The notes beneath the pieces were generated by a model. The model was not told where the DNA came from, searched no databases, and saw only the letters and a program-made list of their open reading frames with translations. Below, piece after piece: positions 62,897 through 64,000 of a stretch of DNA of 64,000 bases. Made by a program: the position numbers and the translations under genes. Each line of letters begins with the position of its first letter. Within the stretch, counting starts at the first letter, position 1. Origin of the DNA: a virus; IMG/VR virus record IMGVR_UViG_3300033047_000016; one strand, written 5' to 3'.

Positions 62897-63010
62897 GTTG
62901 TTCCCTTTCCGGGGGTTGCGGGTTGGCTTGTTTGCCTTCCCTATATCTTTGATAGCATAAGCAAAATGATTCGCATAGAGCTAATTTCACTTATGCTAAA
63001 GTTTTTTCAC

Positions 63011-63169
63011 TTAAGCCTTCCAGCCTTTCCCGCCTTCAAATTCGCGCCGATTCCCTTTGGCGCGCCGCGCGGCCTTGTGCTGTTCTTTGGCACTGTGGCG
63101 GTCGCGAGTCTTGTCGCGGTTAGTTGATTCATCTTGCTGAGTCCGTTGCTCAAATTTTGGCTGTTTCAT
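63011..63169 (-). CDS. 52-aa basic hypothetical protein
   Basis: Manual translation MKQPKFEQR...GWKA. Confidence 0.5.
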   Translation of the reverse strand: MKQPKFEQRTQQDESTNRDKTRDRHSAKEQHKAARRAKGNRREFEGGKGWKA

Positions 63170-63283
63170 CTTTTCTTTCCCTTCAGATTGGCAGGGGAAT
63201 CATCCCCCGCCTTGTTTCAAAAATGCCCTAAAACTACATATAAGGCAAGCAATAATAAAATGAGTCCTATAGCGATTCCTTTC

Positions 63284-64000
63284 CTAGTTTGCGCGCCGCT
63301 CAAACGCCGCGACCTTGCTTGTCATTCCATGCGCGGGAATAAAAACGCTTGCCCGATTCGGGCTGGACAATCCACCGCAGGCAAGGCACGCCGCGCAATT
63401 TGTTTTTGCGCCCGCCTCTTTTGACGCTGGACAAAGGAATTCGCCTTTAACAAGCGACTCCGCCTTTGTGCCGACGCGAAAGGTTCGATACCCCAACGCT
63501 TGCGCCCATTGCGACTCGTGCACGTTGTCAGCGCTTGCCATACAATAGCGCGCAAAGCGTGAATCGCATTCTTTCCACTGGTGAGTGTAACCCGTACCGC
63601 GCGCCGCAAGTTTAAGGATACGGTCCCAAACATGGAACGGGACCGCCGCAGGGTCACCATAAGCGCCGAGTCGAACGTTGCGACCCGCCAGCAAGGCTTG
63701 CGCGTTATCCCGCTTTATACGCTTGTAAACGCCGCGTTTTGCCGTGCCAAAGATATTCAAAGGCGCTTGAAAAATTGTCACGTAACAGGACCGCCCCACG
63801 TTTTTACCGTCCACAATTGTGCCCCGATGTGGACACGCGCCGCAGATGCTGGCATCCTCGCCAGTTTGGACCGCCGTTGTTGGTTTCACGTCTGCCCGAA
63901 GAATCCAAGTCTGAACCAGATTGCCCGTTTTTGCGTTAGTCGATCCCGTTTTGAGACCGGTCGCAATCAACATAATAGGCGCGCCGTCAATCCGACTCTT
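63284..64000 (-). CDS. Cys-rich phage protein (possibly Fe-S; GP88-like), start likely beyond the window
   Basis: NAKTG..SICGACP..CYV..RLGAYGDP..GYTHQW..ASAD..CPA..CAACLAC; frame is open to the window end. Confidence 0.7.
   Translation of the reverse strand, partial: KSRIDGAPIMLIATGLKTGSTNAKTGNLVQTWILRADVKPTTAVQTGEDASICGACPHRGTIVDGKNVGRSCYVTIFQAPLNIFGTAKRGVYKRIKRDNAQALLAGRNVRLGAYGDPAAVPFHVWDRILKLAARGTGYTHQWKECDSRFARYCMASADNVHESQWAQALGYRTFRVGTKAESLVKGEFLCPASKEAGAKTNCAACLACGGLSSPNRASVFIPAHGMTSKVAAFERRAN

Noticed and set aside
1-64000. Numerous plus-strand ORFs in the track (e.g. 9288..10436, 6837..7535, 61218..62054)
   Set aside because: They are antisense shadows of well-supported minus-strand genes or tRNAs, with no recognisable motifs.

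Overview
This window is 64 kb of a large alphaproteobacterial siphovirus. The phiCbK-like / Roseobacter-phage-like assignment is inferred from the GTA-type tail genes, a DUF4055 portal, a two-piece tmRNA and a tRNA-His lacking G-1. Nearly all genes are on the minus strand. 1-30.9 kb is the virion module: GTA-like tail tip, NlpC/P60, DUF2163, two DUF2460 proteins, tape measure, frameshifted chaperones, tail tube, neck, PhoH, beta-rich putative fibre genes, capsid, scaffold and portal. 30.9-53.4 kb is a very large RNA island. It holds about 45 tRNA or tRNA-like genes covering all 20 amino acids, a circularly permuted tmRNA, a probable GOLLD RNA, many unexplained structured non-coding tracts, and translation-related genes (PTH2, YkuK-like RNase H fold, nucleotidyltransferase, DUF1127). 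53.4-64 kb contains small genes, an HNH nuclease and a putative early/terminal region with repeated sigma70 promoters. The most striking observations are: (1) tandem arrays of alphaproteobacterial LexA (SOS) boxes outside promoters, a possible DNA decoy; (2) five tRNAs of different isotypes sharing one non-canonical compact fold; (3) an amber (CUA) tRNA directly followed by an ATG-TTG-TAG leader whose readthrough would melt an anti-SD hairpin; (4) tRNA-like RNAs with anticodons for all three stop codons; (5) GANTC/YGATTCG motifs in most promoter spacers; (6) a duplicated, promoter-driven plus-strand sRNA. All family calls come from motif recognition by eye; no searches were run.
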